DNA of 64,000 bases from Candidatus Poribacteria bacterium (GCA_965198235.1 OZ240248.1:864001-928000), one strand, 5' to 3'; shown: positions 18,549-29,233, counted from the stretch's first letter. Notes: generated from the letters alone by a model not told the origin. Made by a program: numbers and translations.

Positions 18549-20135
18549 ATGAAAGTCGTGACCGCGGCGGAAATGCGCCAGATCGATCAGGACACTATTG
18601 AAGGTATTGGCATTCCCGGCATCGTTCTTATGGAAACCGCTGGGAGTGCCATTGTCCGCGCGATTGAACGGCACTATCCAACATGTCAACGGATTGGCAT
18701 TTTTGCGGGTAAGGGTAATAACGGCGGCGATGGAATCGTCATCGCACGCCAACTCGCCCACGTAGGGCGCGATGTGCGTCTCTTCCTCGTCTCCCCGCCA
18801 GATAGTTTCACCGGTGAGGCACAGCTCAATCTTCAAATCGCGAAAAACCTTGGATTGCGAATTGAGGAAATCCTGACGGGGATAGCATTTGAATCTGACA
18901 CCTCCAGAGACAGCAACACCTTCTTAAATCACATCGCGGGTTGCGAACTTCTTGTAGATGCGATTTTGGGCACAGGGTTGCGTGGTGACGTGCGCGATCC
19001 AATCGCCACCGTAATTAATGCTATCAATAGGCTTCCCATACCCATCCTTTCCGTCGACCTACCCTCCGGTCTGGACGCAGACACAGGACATCCGTTAGGC
19101 ACCTGTGTTCGAGCGGATCGAACGGTAACGATAGGCTTGCCTAAAAGAGGGTTGTTGATGCATCCGGGTGCTGAACTCGCCGGAAAACTGGAAGTTGTTG
19201 ACATCGGTTTCCCAGAACAGGTTGTAGACGCACAAGACATCAAGGTAAATTGGACATCAGCAACGCAAGCGGTACAATGGATGCCACCGCGTCCGCTATC
19301 TTCCCACAAAGGGAATTATGGACGCGTTCTTGTCGTCGCAGGATCGATAGGTATGACAGGGGCTGCTGCACTCGCAAGCGAAGCGGCTTTGCGCGCCGGG
19401 GCAGGGTTGGTGACACTTGCAACACCGAGACATCTCAACCCAATCTTAGAAGGGCTTTTACCTGAGGTGATGACCCTACCGCTGCCAGAAACGGACGCGG
19501 GGAGTTTGGCAGCATCCGCGACCTCAGCTATCCTCGAATTTGCGGAAAAAACGAAATCAATACTTGCAATCGGTCCAGGGCTTTCCCAACACCCAGAAAC
19601 AGTGTCATTCGTCCATCAACTGATACGCGAGAATCAGGAACGGGGACTCGACTTACGGATGGTTATCGATGCGGATGGATTGAATGCTCTCGCGCAAGCC
19701 AGAGAAACCATCTCATTACTCGACAGCGAGGCGGTGCTTACACCACATCCCGGCGAGATGGCGCGGTTAACGAATACCGCAGTGTCTATATTAGAAAAAG
19801 ATAGGATCGGTACCGCCCAGCAGTTTGCAAGTAAATACGGTGTAACACTTGTATTTAAAGGGGCACCGACTGTTACCAGCGACCCAAACGGAAATCTATG
19901 GGTAAATTCAACAGGTAACCCCGGCATGGCAACAGGGGGTATGGGCGATGTGCTGACAGGGATCATCGCGGGATTAATGGCGCAAGGCATACCGAGTGAA
20001 AGTGCAGCTGCGCTTGGTGTCTATATACACGGCTTAGCGGGAGACATCGCCGCGGAGAGATTGGGGATGCATGGACTCACCGCAAGCGACGTGCTAAAGG
20101 CAGTGCCACAGGCAATTTCTTCACTGATACGGTAG
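18549..20135 (+). CDS. nnr: Bifunctional NAD(P)HX epimerase/dehydratase
   Basis: YjeF_N motifs LMETAG, GKGNNGGDG, DAILGTG, DLPSG; YjeF_C motifs HKGNYG, IGPGL, DADGLN, TPHPGEM, GGMGDVLTG. Confidence 0.95.
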   Translation: MKVVTAAEMRQIDQDTIEGIGIPGIVLMETAGSAIVRAIERHYPTCQRIGIFAGKGNNGGDGIVIARQLAHVGRDVRLFLVSPPDSFTGEAQLNLQIAKNLGLRIEEILTGIAFESDTSRDSNTFLNHIAGCELLVDAILGTGLRGDVRDPIATVINAINRLPIPILSVDLPSGLDADTGHPLGTCVRADRTVTIGLPKRGLLMHPGAELAGKLEVVDIGFPEQVVDAQDIKVNWTSATQAVQWMPPRPLSSHKGNYGRVLVVAGSIGMTGAAALASEAALRAGAGLVTLATPRHLNPILEGLLPEVMTLPLPETDAGSLAASATSAILEFAEKTKSILAIGPGLSQHPETVSFVHQLIRENQERGLDLRMVIDADGLNALAQARETISLLDSEAVLTPHPGEMARLTNTAVSILEKDRIGTAQQFASKYGVTLVFKGAPTVTSDPNGNLWVNSTGNPGMATGGMGDVLTGIIAGLMAQGIPSESAAALGVYIHGLAGDIAAERLGMHGLTASDVLKAVPQAISSLIR

Positions 20136-20192
20136 AACAATCGTAAAACACGCGATATTTGGAATACAATAACAAAACCGCAAGGAGGAATT

Positions 20193-20975
20193 ATGGAACT
20201 CGGATTAACTGGAAAAGTTGCCGTCATCACTGGTGGCAGCGAGGGAATCGGTAAAGGGATCGCGCTTCGTTTGTGCCAGGAAGGCGCGAAAGCCTCAATT
20301 TGTGGGAGACGTGAAGATGTTTTAGCAAGTGCCGCTGAGGAGATTCGAACACAAACAGGCAACGAAGTCCTCACAATTCCCGCAGATGTAACGAAACCGG
20401 AGACGCTGGAAAATTTTATCGGACAAACAGCAAACCATTTCGGAAAGATCGATATTCTAATCAATAACGCCGGCCGTTCAGCAGGTGGTGACTTTGAAAC
20501 CATGAGTGACGAGGCGTGGTATGATGACCTGGACCTTAAGTTAATGGGTGCTATCCGCTGTGCGCGATTAGTGATCCCACACATGAAAAGCAACGGCAGC
20601 GGCAGGATTATCAACATCACGCATCCCGGAGGCAAACAGCCCAGTGCAGGTTCCTGCCCGACTTCAGTTAGCCGGGCGGCAGGTATCGCTCTGACGAAGG
20701 CACTTTCTAAGGAGCTTCTACCTCACAAAATCCTGGTTAACACGGTTTGCCTCACCTCGATTAAGAGTGCACAAGGGGAACGCGCATGGAAAGCAGTGGG
20801 TTCACCAGGGACGATCGAGGAATATTGGGAAGAACGGGGCGCGGAGCACCCACTTGGGCGTTTAGGTGAACCGAGTGAGGTGGGTAACCTCGTCGCGTTC
20901 CTTGTTTCGGAGTGCGCATCGTTTATTACAGGTACTGCGATCAACATTGATGGTGGACTTTCCGCGGTGGTATAG
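20193..20975 (+). CDS. SDR family oxidoreductase
   Basis: TGGSEGIG, LINNAG, FITGTAINIDGG; atypical SxxxA in place of YxxxK. Confidence 0.92.
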   Translation: MELGLTGKVAVITGGSEGIGKGIALRLCQEGAKASICGRREDVLASAAEEIRTQTGNEVLTIPADVTKPETLENFIGQTANHFGKIDILINNAGRSAGGDFETMSDEAWYDDLDLKLMGAIRCARLVIPHMKSNGSGRIINITHPGGKQPSAGSCPTSVSRAAGIALTKALSKELLPHKILVNTVCLTSIKSAQGERAWKAVGSPGTIEEYWEERGAEHPLGRLGEPSEVGNLVAFLVSECASFITGTAINIDGGLSAVV

Positions 20976-21003
20976 AAAATTTCTCATACACACTGAAAAA
21001 ACC

Positions 21004-21035
21004 GGGCGGTTCTAATCCCTTGGACCGCCCTTTTT
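21004..21035 (+). terminator. Intrinsic terminator
   Basis: gggcggt...accgccc followed by ttttt. Confidence 0.7.
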
Positions 21036-21216
21036 GGTTTAACTCGCAAACTATAGTGAATTATAGAAATAACTCTCACTGCGAGGCAATTTCAATAGCA
21101 GCGAAACCCCGCCCCCCGCTGGCGAGGTTTCCTAACCTCGCCTCACAATATCTAAGCACGTGAAAACTTCACCATAAAACCGTTGATACAAACGTTTGTA
21201 ACTCACGGAGGACATT

Positions 21217-21627
21217 ATGGAAAACTATGAAATCTATCCCGTCGCAGCGGCAGACGCATCAACTGCCTTTCAAGTGGAACTGGATCCGCGTGCGATCGCG
21301 GCATCAGAAGAACTTGAAAACAGCAGGGCACAAGGCACTGACAGAGAAGAAATTCTACAGAAACACCTCGGTGCCGATTATGAGAAAGGCTACCGAGGTA
21401 CGGCATGGAGTTTACACGGCACCTCTGAAGGGTTGACCCCAGCACGCTTAGCAGTTTTGCTGGAAGCACACGGTGAATACTTCGACCCCTGTGCTGAACG
21501 AGAAACGTTCGACCACAGCCTGATGGTTAACGTCGAAGAAGAATTAGCGTCGCAGTTAGAAGATATTCCTGAATCTATTTTAGAGGCAATTGTTGAGGCA
21601 TATAAGACTGAACTGTTAGGCACATAG
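21217..21627 (+). CDS. Hypothetical acidic protein
   Basis: RBS ggagga; 136-aa ORF; no recognised motif. Confidence 0.7.
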   Translation: MENYEIYPVAAADASTAFQVELDPRAIAASEELENSRAQGTDREEILQKHLGADYEKGYRGTAWSLHGTSEGLTPARLAVLLEAHGEYFDPCAERETFDHSLMVNVEEELASQLEDIPESILEAIVEAYKTELLGT

Positions 21628-21761
21628 CACAATCGCTTTTACACAAATTATTTTTTGGAACTTTTCCGAGCAGGATGTGTGTTACAAAGTATTGAGGGCA
21701 CAAATATCCGCTTTACAAACCAAGGTATTGCCCTACAGTTTAGGCTAACGAAGGAGACGTA

Positions 21762-22388
21762 ATGACGCTCATAGGACTTACGCATTTCCTCTTAAAGTCC
21801 CCCTGATAAGGGGGATTTAGGGGGTTAAATACGACTTTTCAGCAAAATATACCGTTCCTCTGTTCAATTTGCGTAAGTCCTGGCTCATTCAAAAAGAGAT
21901 GATGCATCATATTCTCAGCGTCCGATTTGTTGCACTCCTTTTGATGTGCCTCTTGCTCATTCCACTCACCTTACATATCAATTACCACAACTACCTCCAA
22001 AACCTCGTCGACTATCAAGAAGCCGTTAAACTGGCGAACATCGAAGAAACGACAATGAACCCGAAGATGGAACTGAAACCGGAGTTAGAAGTCTCTAAAC
22101 TCTTTCTCAAACCGACACCATTGAGTGTCTTCGCAAATGGATTAGGGGATGCCCTACCGAACTACCTTGGAATGACGCGCAATGGAATTACCCAAGGCAC
22201 TCCAACTTTAGTCTCAGATTCCCTTTCCTAAGAAGATACTGTCAAAATTACACAGCCGCCACCTTTGGAGATTACAACCTTAGGTGAGACATTCCGTCAA
22301 TCCGCAGTCGAATGTGCTATTACTTTGCTTCTTTGCGGTTGTGTTGACAACCGCCGCTTTCCTGAAATTCTTCCGTTCCGACATTTAA
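21762..22388 (+). pseudogene. ABC transporter permease pseudogene (MITE insertion plus large internal deletion)
   Basis: Removing the MITE and one TSD restores MTLIQKEMMHHILSVRF; KPTPLSVFANG; stop at 22231; C-terminal remnant LCFFAVVLTTAAFLKFFRSDI* ends at 22388. Confidence 0.8.
21772..21882. mobile_element. MITE sharing the terminal repeat of the nearby IS701-like element, with 5-bp target duplication
   Basis: TIR aggacttacgca (21773-21784) and tgcgtaagtcct (21870-21881); direct repeat gctca at 21767-21771 and 21883-21887. Confidence 0.85.
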
Positions 22389-22514
22389 CTTAACCTCCCC
22401 GCTGCGCGGATTACAGACAGAAAAATCCTCCTATTTCCCTACCCCGCGTAGTTTTTACTATCCTTTTCATTTGAAGTGTCTCTAATAGACAAACCCCAAC
22501 TTTTAGGAGACACC

Positions 22515-22649
22515 ATGCTACGAACACTTATCCGCCAAGAACTCCTATCCCATCTGATGAGTGCTCGGTTTTTCGCTGCCGTTGCGATTACGCTTCTACT
22601 CGTTGTCGCCAATGCTGTCGTGCTTCTTGAAGACTACGAGCGTCGATTT
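22515..22649 (+). pseudogene. Second ABC permease gene, truncated by the IS fragment
   Basis: RBS aggag; MLRTLIRQELLSHLMSARF...EDYERR is paralogous to the upstream permease start, then runs into transposase DNA. Confidence 0.75.
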
Positions 22650-22861
22650 CTGAGGCGATCTCCTGCAAGATACCGATTTATCTGATCATGACTAAAACTC
22701 TCACTGTCGTCTGCGAAATGAGTCAGTGTATAATTGATAGGCGTGCTGAGTAGATAGTGACAGGAATCCAGACGGCTCGGTCTAACCATTTTTATTATCC
22801 TCCTCACACACTATATTACGGGTTCCGGGAGGCTATGTCAAACATTATTGCGTAAGTCCTA
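22650..22861 (-). mobile_element. Truncated IS701-family element: left IR, promoter and transposase N-terminus
   Basis: Minus strand: IR taggacttacgca, TTGACA-17-TAATAT, RBS gaggagg, ATG at 22789 giving MVRPSRLDSCHYLLSTPINYTLTHFADDSESFSHDQINRYL (SHDxxNRYL is typical of IS701 transposases); below the ORF-track size cutoff. Confidence 0.8.
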
Positions 22862-23111
22862 ACCATTTAGATCAACATTCAGATTTCTACGATTTTTTTC
22901 AAATCATGCAACCTTTCTCCCCCTAAAACGCGTCACTATGACATAAGCCAAAATATTATTTGATGGCTCGACCTGAAAAATAGTATGAAGGGATACAACG
23001 CCACTTAGGTTACAGTAGTAAAGGCACAGAAAAGACATGAATCTTAGTTGAAAACACCATAGATTTTTGGTATCATATATGGAAAGAAAAATCAACCGTA
23101 GGAGGAACCCG

Positions 23112-23837
23112 ATGTTAGAAACCCGTGACCTCACGAAAGTTTACAATGAAAGCGTTTTAGCCGTCAACAAACTGAACCTGAAAGTAGATGACGGCGAAAT
23201 CTATGTCGTCCTCGGTGCGAACGGTGCCGGGAAAAGCACGACCATCTCTATGCTGCTGAACTTCATCGAACCTACAAGCGGCACCGCGCTGATAGACGAC
23301 ATTGAGATCCCGAAGTTCCCACTCGAGGCGAAGAAGCATCTCGCTTACGTCTCGGAGAACGTCGAACTCTATCGAAACTTTACAGCACGGCAAAACCTCT
23401 CCTTTTTCGCGAAACTCGGTGGACGCAAGAAGGTATCAAACGAGGAACTTGATGCCACACTTGGACGTGTCGGTTTACCAGAAGAAGCCTTCACGCGACG
23501 CGTCAAGACCTTCTCCAAAGGAATGCGACAACGCTTAGGTATTGCTATCGCGATCATGAAGAACGCGCAAGCCGTCCTACTCGATGAACCGACTTCGGGC
23601 TTGGATCCGAAGGGCGGTGCCGATTTCCTGAATCTCCTCCGTGAGTTGAAAGAGGAAGAGAAAGCCATCTTCATGTCCACACACGACATCTTCCGTGCGA
23701 AAGAGATTGCCGACAGGATTGGGATTCTGGTGGAAGGTAACCTTGAACGTGAGTTAACACGCGAAGAGATTCAAGAAGAAGATCTCGAAGCACTGTACCT
23801 GCACTATGTTGCTGGATACGAACCTGAAGAAGTTTAA
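23112..23837 (+). CDS. ABC transporter ATP-binding protein
   Basis: GANGAGKST, FSKGMRQR, LLDEPTSGLD, STH; RBS aggagg. Confidence 0.95.
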   Translation: MLETRDLTKVYNESVLAVNKLNLKVDDGEIYVVLGANGAGKSTTISMLLNFIEPTSGTALIDDIEIPKFPLEAKKHLAYVSENVELYRNFTARQNLSFFAKLGGRKKVSNEELDATLGRVGLPEEAFTRRVKTFSKGMRQRLGIAIAIMKNAQAVLLDEPTSGLDPKGGADFLNLLRELKEEEKAIFMSTHDIFRAKEIADRIGILVEGNLERELTREEIQEEDLEALYLHYVAGYEPEEV

Positions 23838-23866
23838 ACCGAACTGAGTTAGAAGGGTGAAGAAAT

Positions 23867-26209
23867 ATGGATGGATGGAAGCAAAGGCGGAAGCATGGAA
23901 ACCGTTTGGAAGGAAGAGACGCAGAAGCCCGTATCCAATTCTCCAATCTTCCAGTTTTCCAGTCTTTGATGCTTGCGCTGATATTTATGAGCGCGATAGG
24001 GATATTGCTGCCCGTTCTACTGGCAGCGGAGTCGGAAGAGATCCCGCCCGTTAACGATAACAATCCGAAAACCAAAGAGGAACAGAGCCGTCAAATCTTG
24101 ATAGAAGTCGAGCGCCTGAAGATGGAATTGGCAGAGAAATTGATGAATAAAAAGCAGGTTGAACTCGAAAACCTCAAGGCGATGATGATGGAGGATAACA
24201 ACATCGTCACTGTCTCCGAAGTCAATAAAGCAGAGGAAGCCTACGAACGTGCCGTCGATGAATACGAACAGGCAAAACTGACGCTGCAACAGACAGAGCT
24301 TGAGTCACTGAAAGATGAGTGGCATATCACCGTTGAAAAAACAAGACTCTATGAATCCGGCGATGGTCGGGAGTTGTTCTCAATTACTCTGCGGAATAGT
24401 TCGTCCCCCGTCAAACTCATTGAAAGCTCGAAAGTGCTGGAACGAGAAATTATCATCAGCGCACAGATTGACGACATCTTCGTCTCGATTAAAGAGCAGG
24501 AAAGTTATGGCGCAAGTGGGGCGATTATCACCGAACCTTACGAACAACGGATTGAGACGCTCAAAGAGGGTGAATCTGTCACTTTAGAGTTTGAACTCAT
24601 AAAAGAGAATGTGCGAGATGTCGTCGTAGAGTTGACGTACTCGGGTCGTGAGGATCAGAAGAATATCCACCTCAAACAGGAGGATCCATATATCTCCGTC
24701 GTATCGGCGAGGCGTTACAAACAGGGCGACCGCCGACGCCTGGAAGTCGTTCTCACGTATGGTGCGATCACGAGTGAGACAGAGGAAATAGACACCAACA
24801 CAGCACAAGAAATCAACAACGTCTATGTCTCTATCAAAGACGACACTGAATCTATCATCGGTTTTCCTTACGAACATCGCATTCCAACACTGAAAAACGG
24901 ACAGGAGAAAACCCTCGATTTTGAACTACGGCGAAATGTTGACAGTCTCATTGTCAGTCTGAAATACCTTGACCAGGAAATTCCCTATAAAATCCATCTC
25001 GAGGAGGACACACGCCACATCTCTATCCTCAGTGCGAAGAAGTTTCGCATCGAGAACCAAATGATGGTGACGATCCAGTTGAAAAACACCTCCACGACAG
25101 AAGCAATGCCGAGTGATGCAACTCCTGAAGAGATTGCAGCAGCAAACGAGATTCGCTCCATCTATGTCTCCTTACTTGATGTCACTGATGACACGAACAT
25201 CGTTAAACCGTATGAAGAGAAAATCCCGGTGCTCGGTTACAATGAAACCGTGGAATTGACGTTTCAACTCCAGAAAGATGTCGAGAGCCTGAAGGTATCA
25301 CTGGATTATCCCGAACTTGCTGAACCCGAAACGCGACTTATCTATCTGCAAAAAGAATCCGCGCTGGATGTGGTCAATGTCAGTTCGCTCCGCTTTTCGC
25401 AGGAAGGGAACTTAGGAAGCAGCGTCACCTATGATTTGACGCTCGATCGATTGGCAGAGACAGAAAATACATTCCAGTTGCGTGTCATTAACCTCCTGAA
25501 CCGCCTCTCCTTTGAATTCCAAGACCCAGAGACGAAATCTCGGCAGTCTCAGGTGAAGTTTACACAAGAACAATCAAAGCGGAATCTATCGTTGATTGTC
25601 TATCTACCGGAGGAATTGGATGCCTCCTATCTCGATAGCACGCTTGAGTTCTACGTCGCTGTGCTTGATGAAGCGGAAGCCAATGAACTCAGTGGTGTCA
25701 ACAATCGGTTGGATTTACCTGCCGATAGGATTGCGAGTATCCAAGGGGGTGTCGAGCGGTTTGAGCTGATTCCAAAGGGTGTACCGGAGATTGAGGTATT
25801 CGTGCCGAACGCGTTCCAGACAATCAAGATAGGTGAAGAGGTCAACATGACAGCAACGCTAAAGAACATCGGCACCCGCGACCTCATTGACATCCGCATG
25901 CTTGTCGATGTCAACACCGATTGGAAATACACGGTTATCCCCGAAGTCATTGGCTCATTGGCACGGAACGAGGAGAAGGAGATCCAACTGACGTTGAGTC
26001 CCCCTGCGGACATCGGAGTGGGGGAATATCAAGCAAAGTTGAACGCCGAAGTCACCGTGGATAACCGTAAGTTTGAGGCACGCGACCGTTCCATCACGGT
26101 GCAAGTTGAGTCTCAGACGCAAATGTCGGTGACGACGCTGCTGTTCGGTGCGTTGATACTCTTGATGATTGCGATTGTTATCGTTACAATCCGCATTAGC
26201 CGACGTTGA
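23867..26209 (+). CDS. Membrane-anchored periplasmic protein with coiled coil, three internal repeats and a NEW3/CARDB-like Ig domain
   Basis: Three (I/V)(F/Y)VS...PYExxIxxL repeats; LKNIGTRDL..PPADIGVGEY; C-terminal TM helix followed by ISRR; start uncertain. Confidence 0.7.
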   Translation: MDGWKQRRKHGNRLEGRDAEARIQFSNLPVFQSLMLALIFMSAIGILLPVLLAAESEEIPPVNDNNPKTKEEQSRQILIEVERLKMELAEKLMNKKQVELENLKAMMMEDNNIVTVSEVNKAEEAYERAVDEYEQAKLTLQQTELESLKDEWHITVEKTRLYESGDGRELFSITLRNSSSPVKLIESSKVLEREIIISAQIDDIFVSIKEQESYGASGAIITEPYEQRIETLKEGESVTLEFELIKENVRDVVVELTYSGREDQKNIHLKQEDPYISVVSARRYKQGDRRRLEVVLTYGAITSETEEIDTNTAQEINNVYVSIKDDTESIIGFPYEHRIPTLKNGQEKTLDFELRRNVDSLIVSLKYLDQEIPYKIHLEEDTRHISILSAKKFRIENQMMVTIQLKNTSTTEAMPSDATPEEIAAANEIRSIYVSLLDVTDDTNIVKPYEEKIPVLGYNETVELTFQLQKDVESLKVSLDYPELAEPETRLIYLQKESALDVVNVSSLRFSQEGNLGSSVTYDLTLDRLAETENTFQLRVINLLNRLSFEFQDPETKSRQSQVKFTQEQSKRNLSLIVYLPEELDASYLDSTLEFYVAVLDEAEANELSGVNNRLDLPADRIASIQGGVERFELIPKGVPEIEVFVPNAFQTIKIGEEVNMTATLKNIGTRDLIDIRMLVDVNTDWKYTVIPEVIGSLARNEEKEIQLTLSPPADIGVGEYQAKLNAEVTVDNRKFEARDRSITVQVESQTQMSVTTLLFGALILLMIAIVIVTIRISRR

Positions 26210-26352
26210 GGAATGATTTGCTTCGCAGTGAGAACAGTCAGTAGTCAGTAGTGGGTCTGTGGCAGTTCCGAACATTTTCCCTGCCACAAAAATCTCTTAT
26301 CGACGGCTGACGGTTTCCGATGGTTTCCGATAGCCAATATATGGAGATTGTA

Positions 26353-27720
26353 GTGAACAAGAGGTTAACAAAAGTATTAGCGGTCTGCCTATTTTTTACT
26401 ATCGGGAGCACCATTTCAGCGCAGCGGCTGGTCATACTGCAGCCAGCACGCGCTATCGAACTCGCGCTACAGAACAACGAGGTGGTGAAAAAGGCGGAAA
26501 AAGTGGTGGAACGCGCCAAGGCACACCTCCGTGTGTCCAAAGCCATTTACCTACCACAAGTGGGTGTCACCGGCGAATATCAACGCCAAAAAGACGGCGA
26601 TATCGATGAAAGAGACTATCTCACTCGCGCACAAGCCAGTATGCTTCTCGTACAATTCGGCGAAATCCCCGAAAGTCTTGACGCTGCGCAGGAGGATGTC
26701 CGTAAGGCAGAGATTGAATACGAACGCGCAAAAAAGGAAAGGGTTTACGCCGTTCGGAATCTCTGGCATAATATCATCCTCACACAAGAAGAGATTCAGC
26801 AACGTCGCGCGATTGAGGTGGAACTGAATAAAAAATTAAAAGGCACGCAAATCAAGCACGCAGAAAAACGGATCCCTTTCCTCAGCCGCCTCAATACGGA
26901 ACTTGAACTCTCCGAACAGCAGCTTGCGCTCAACGAACTTCAACGACGGCTTGATGTGGACACTGCGGAACTTATCAGTCTCATCGGACTCGATCCGCTG
27001 GTACAAGTTACCCTCTCACAACCCCTTTCTGATGACGACATGACACTGGAAACTGCCGTAGAACTCGCACTCGCAAACAACCTTGACTTACGCGACCTAC
27101 AAGGCGATATCGTTCGTCAAGAACGTCTCGCCGTAGAGACACTCTGGAATCGGTTCCCCGATATCTCTGCTGAAGCACGCTACAAGGACCTCCATCTGAT
27201 GTTGGAACAACACCAACAGAACCGGACTTGGGACGCAACGGCACTCTATGATCCGGTGATACTCGACCGTGAGCGAGATACGTCAAGCATTTTTGAAACA
27301 AACCCGCGTACACGAGACGGATGGGAAGTGCGTTTCAACTTCAATATCCCGTTATACGACGGGAAAAAAACTGAGAATCTTCGCGCCGTAGAAATCGCTG
27401 AACTGGAGCGACTCCAGCTGGCGTACGTCGAAATAACCAAGTCAATCCGCGTAGAGGTGCGACGCGACTACCGTGCCGTGGCGAATGCCAAAGAACGGAT
27501 GGAGATCGAAGAAAAGCGCGTGAGAATCCGCGAGCAACAGTTACGGACGATAGAGCGCGTGCTTGATGAAGTCACCGTTGAAATACCCGGGTATCAGAGT
27601 CTAACCTACAACGACGCGTTTCAAACACAAGCAGAATTTACAGAGGCACAACGTGTCTTTTATCAGGCACGTCGAGATTACGCCAAGGCAAAGGAAAAAC
27701 TCCGAGAAACAATTTTTTAG
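26353..27720 (+). CDS. TolC family outer-membrane protein
   Basis: AIELALQNN, YLPQVGV, AVELALANN, FNIPLYDG; two-repeat OEP architecture; ggag RBS before the GTG at 26353. Confidence 0.85.
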   Translation: MNKRLTKVLAVCLFFTIGSTISAQRLVILQPARAIELALQNNEVVKKAEKVVERAKAHLRVSKAIYLPQVGVTGEYQRQKDGDIDERDYLTRAQASMLLVQFGEIPESLDAAQEDVRKAEIEYERAKKERVYAVRNLWHNIILTQEEIQQRRAIEVELNKKLKGTQIKHAEKRIPFLSRLNTELELSEQQLALNELQRRLDVDTAELISLIGLDPLVQVTLSQPLSDDDMTLETAVELALANNLDLRDLQGDIVRQERLAVETLWNRFPDISAEARYKDLHLMLEQHQQNRTWDATALYDPVILDRERDTSSIFETNPRTRDGWEVRFNFNIPLYDGKKTENLRAVEIAELERLQLAYVEITKSIRVEVRRDYRAVANAKERMEIEEKRVRIREQQLRTIERVLDEVTVEIPGYQSLTYNDAFQTQAEFTEAQRVFYQARRDYAKAKEKLRETIF

Positions 27721-27771
27721 CGATGTGCCTCCGGTCACTGCTCCATTACATTCCGCTGCCCCTTCCCAGTA

Positions 27772-28257
27772 ACGGGTGGGGACCGTGAGGCAGCAAAAGA
27801 CCTCTGCCAAGAGGTGTTTTTGAAGGCGTGGCAGGCACTGCCGAACTTCAAGGGACAATCCGTATTTTACAGTTGGCTTTACCAGATTGCTGTCAATCGT
27901 AGTATTGACTTTCTTCGCAAACAAAATAGACAACATGTTATAGGATTTGAGGAATTACCTCAGAATGCCGACGATACACTTCAAATGACAGAGGCGCAAC
28001 CTTCACCTTGTGTGCTTCTCGAAAGGAAAGAACTCGAACACATCATCCGCAAAGCCACCCATCAGTTACCTCTTAGCCAACGTAGTGCTTTTTACCTACG
28101 TCATTGGGAGGGACTCCCGATAAAAGAGATTGCCTTACGCTTGGGCAAGTCGGAGAACACCGTTAAAACATACCTACACCACGCCCGTCGGAAACTCCGG
28201 AATATGCTCCTTCCCTACCTACAAAACGAACCTCTTGCATGGTACACGAAAACTTGA
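27772..28257 (+). pseudogene. 5'-truncated ECF sigma-70 factor
   Basis: AKDLCQEVFLKAW, FYSWLYQIAVN, region-4 HTH; an in-frame stop just upstream removes the start of region 2; paralog of 46208-46822. Confidence 0.75.
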
Positions 28258-28278
28258 ATCCAAAGGTACCTACCAAGG

Positions 28279-29046
28279 CTAAATCTCTTGGAGACAACGC
28301 CTGATATAAGGCACATCGTCCACCCACAAACCATCAATACCACCAGCTTTCTGCGGTGAAACCGCCCAAGCAACATCTTTTGCCGTCTGAATAAACCCGG
28401 CATCCACAACAATCCCGTTTGCTTGGAGCTGCTTGACTTGGCGCGTAACAGTCTGCGTGAAAGTGTTATAAAGCCCGAAGTGATTAATCCCATTCCAGCC
28501 CAAGATGATGCGGTTCGCCTCAATAGCAGTCGCTGCCTTGAGGAAGTTCGCCGCGGGATTAATGAGAATCGCGCTCGTCTGCAACTTTGGTTCTAAACGT
28601 TTAGCGTCTACAAGCAGATGCCTTCGGAAATAAAAAGTGAGAATATTGACAAGACGAACGATATCGAAGTAGCGGATCCGTTCTACGATGATAGGGAGTA
28701 ATTCTGGGGTGTCCGCCTTCGGTTCAATGAAGCACGGCATTCGGTTTTCTCGTGCGAAACGGAGCGCGTCATCAAGGTGGGCAACAGGTTCATTAGACGC
28801 CTCCATCGTTAGTTGCTGTACCTCTTTCCAAGTAAGTTCACTGAGGGATTTGGAGCACCCCGTAGCTTTTTGAATACTGTGTCGGTTGAAGCCAACGTGA
28901 ATTAGGACAGGTTGCTTATCTTGGGTAAGACAGACATCACACTCATATCCATCAGCACCGTCCGTCAATGCCTGCCTGAAGGAAGCAAGGGTGTTTTCGG
29001 GGGCACGCCCCATGCCTCCTCGATGTGCGAGAAGTCGAATATTCAT
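28279..29046 (-). CDS. Glycerophosphodiester phosphodiesterase family protein
   Basis: AHRGG, PENTLASF, ECDV, IEPK. Confidence 0.9.
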   Translation of the reverse strand: MNIRLLAHRGGMGRAPENTLASFRQALTDGADGYECDVCLTQDKQPVLIHVGFNRHSIQKATGCSKSLSELTWKEVQQLTMEASNEPVAHLDDALRFARENRMPCFIEPKADTPELLPIIVERIRYFDIVRLVNILTFYFRRHLLVDAKRLEPKLQTSAILINPAANFLKAATAIEANRIILGWNGINHFGLYNTFTQTVTRQVKQLQANGIVVDAGFIQTAKDVAWAVSPQKAGGIDGLWVDDVPYIRRCLQEI

Positions 29047-29233
29047 TTTTTAATTTCACCTTGCGGTTCGGTCAGATGGATTGGGTATTGATGTTCTATT
29101 CCGTAGATCCGCCCTCCGCTACGCTTACGGGCTACAATTTTGAACCTTTGCAGCGTAGACTATGAGTCTGTGTCTTCACCAGAAACCTGCGCGTAATGGA
29201 ATGGAGCGCAGCCCAGGAGCACATAGTTAAAAA
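29047..29233. repeat. Family A dispersed repeat (full length) filling the whole intergenic space
   Basis: ttttaatttcaccttgcggttcggtcag...gaaacctgcgcgtaatggaatggagcgcagcccaggagcacatagttaaaaa. Confidence 0.88.
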
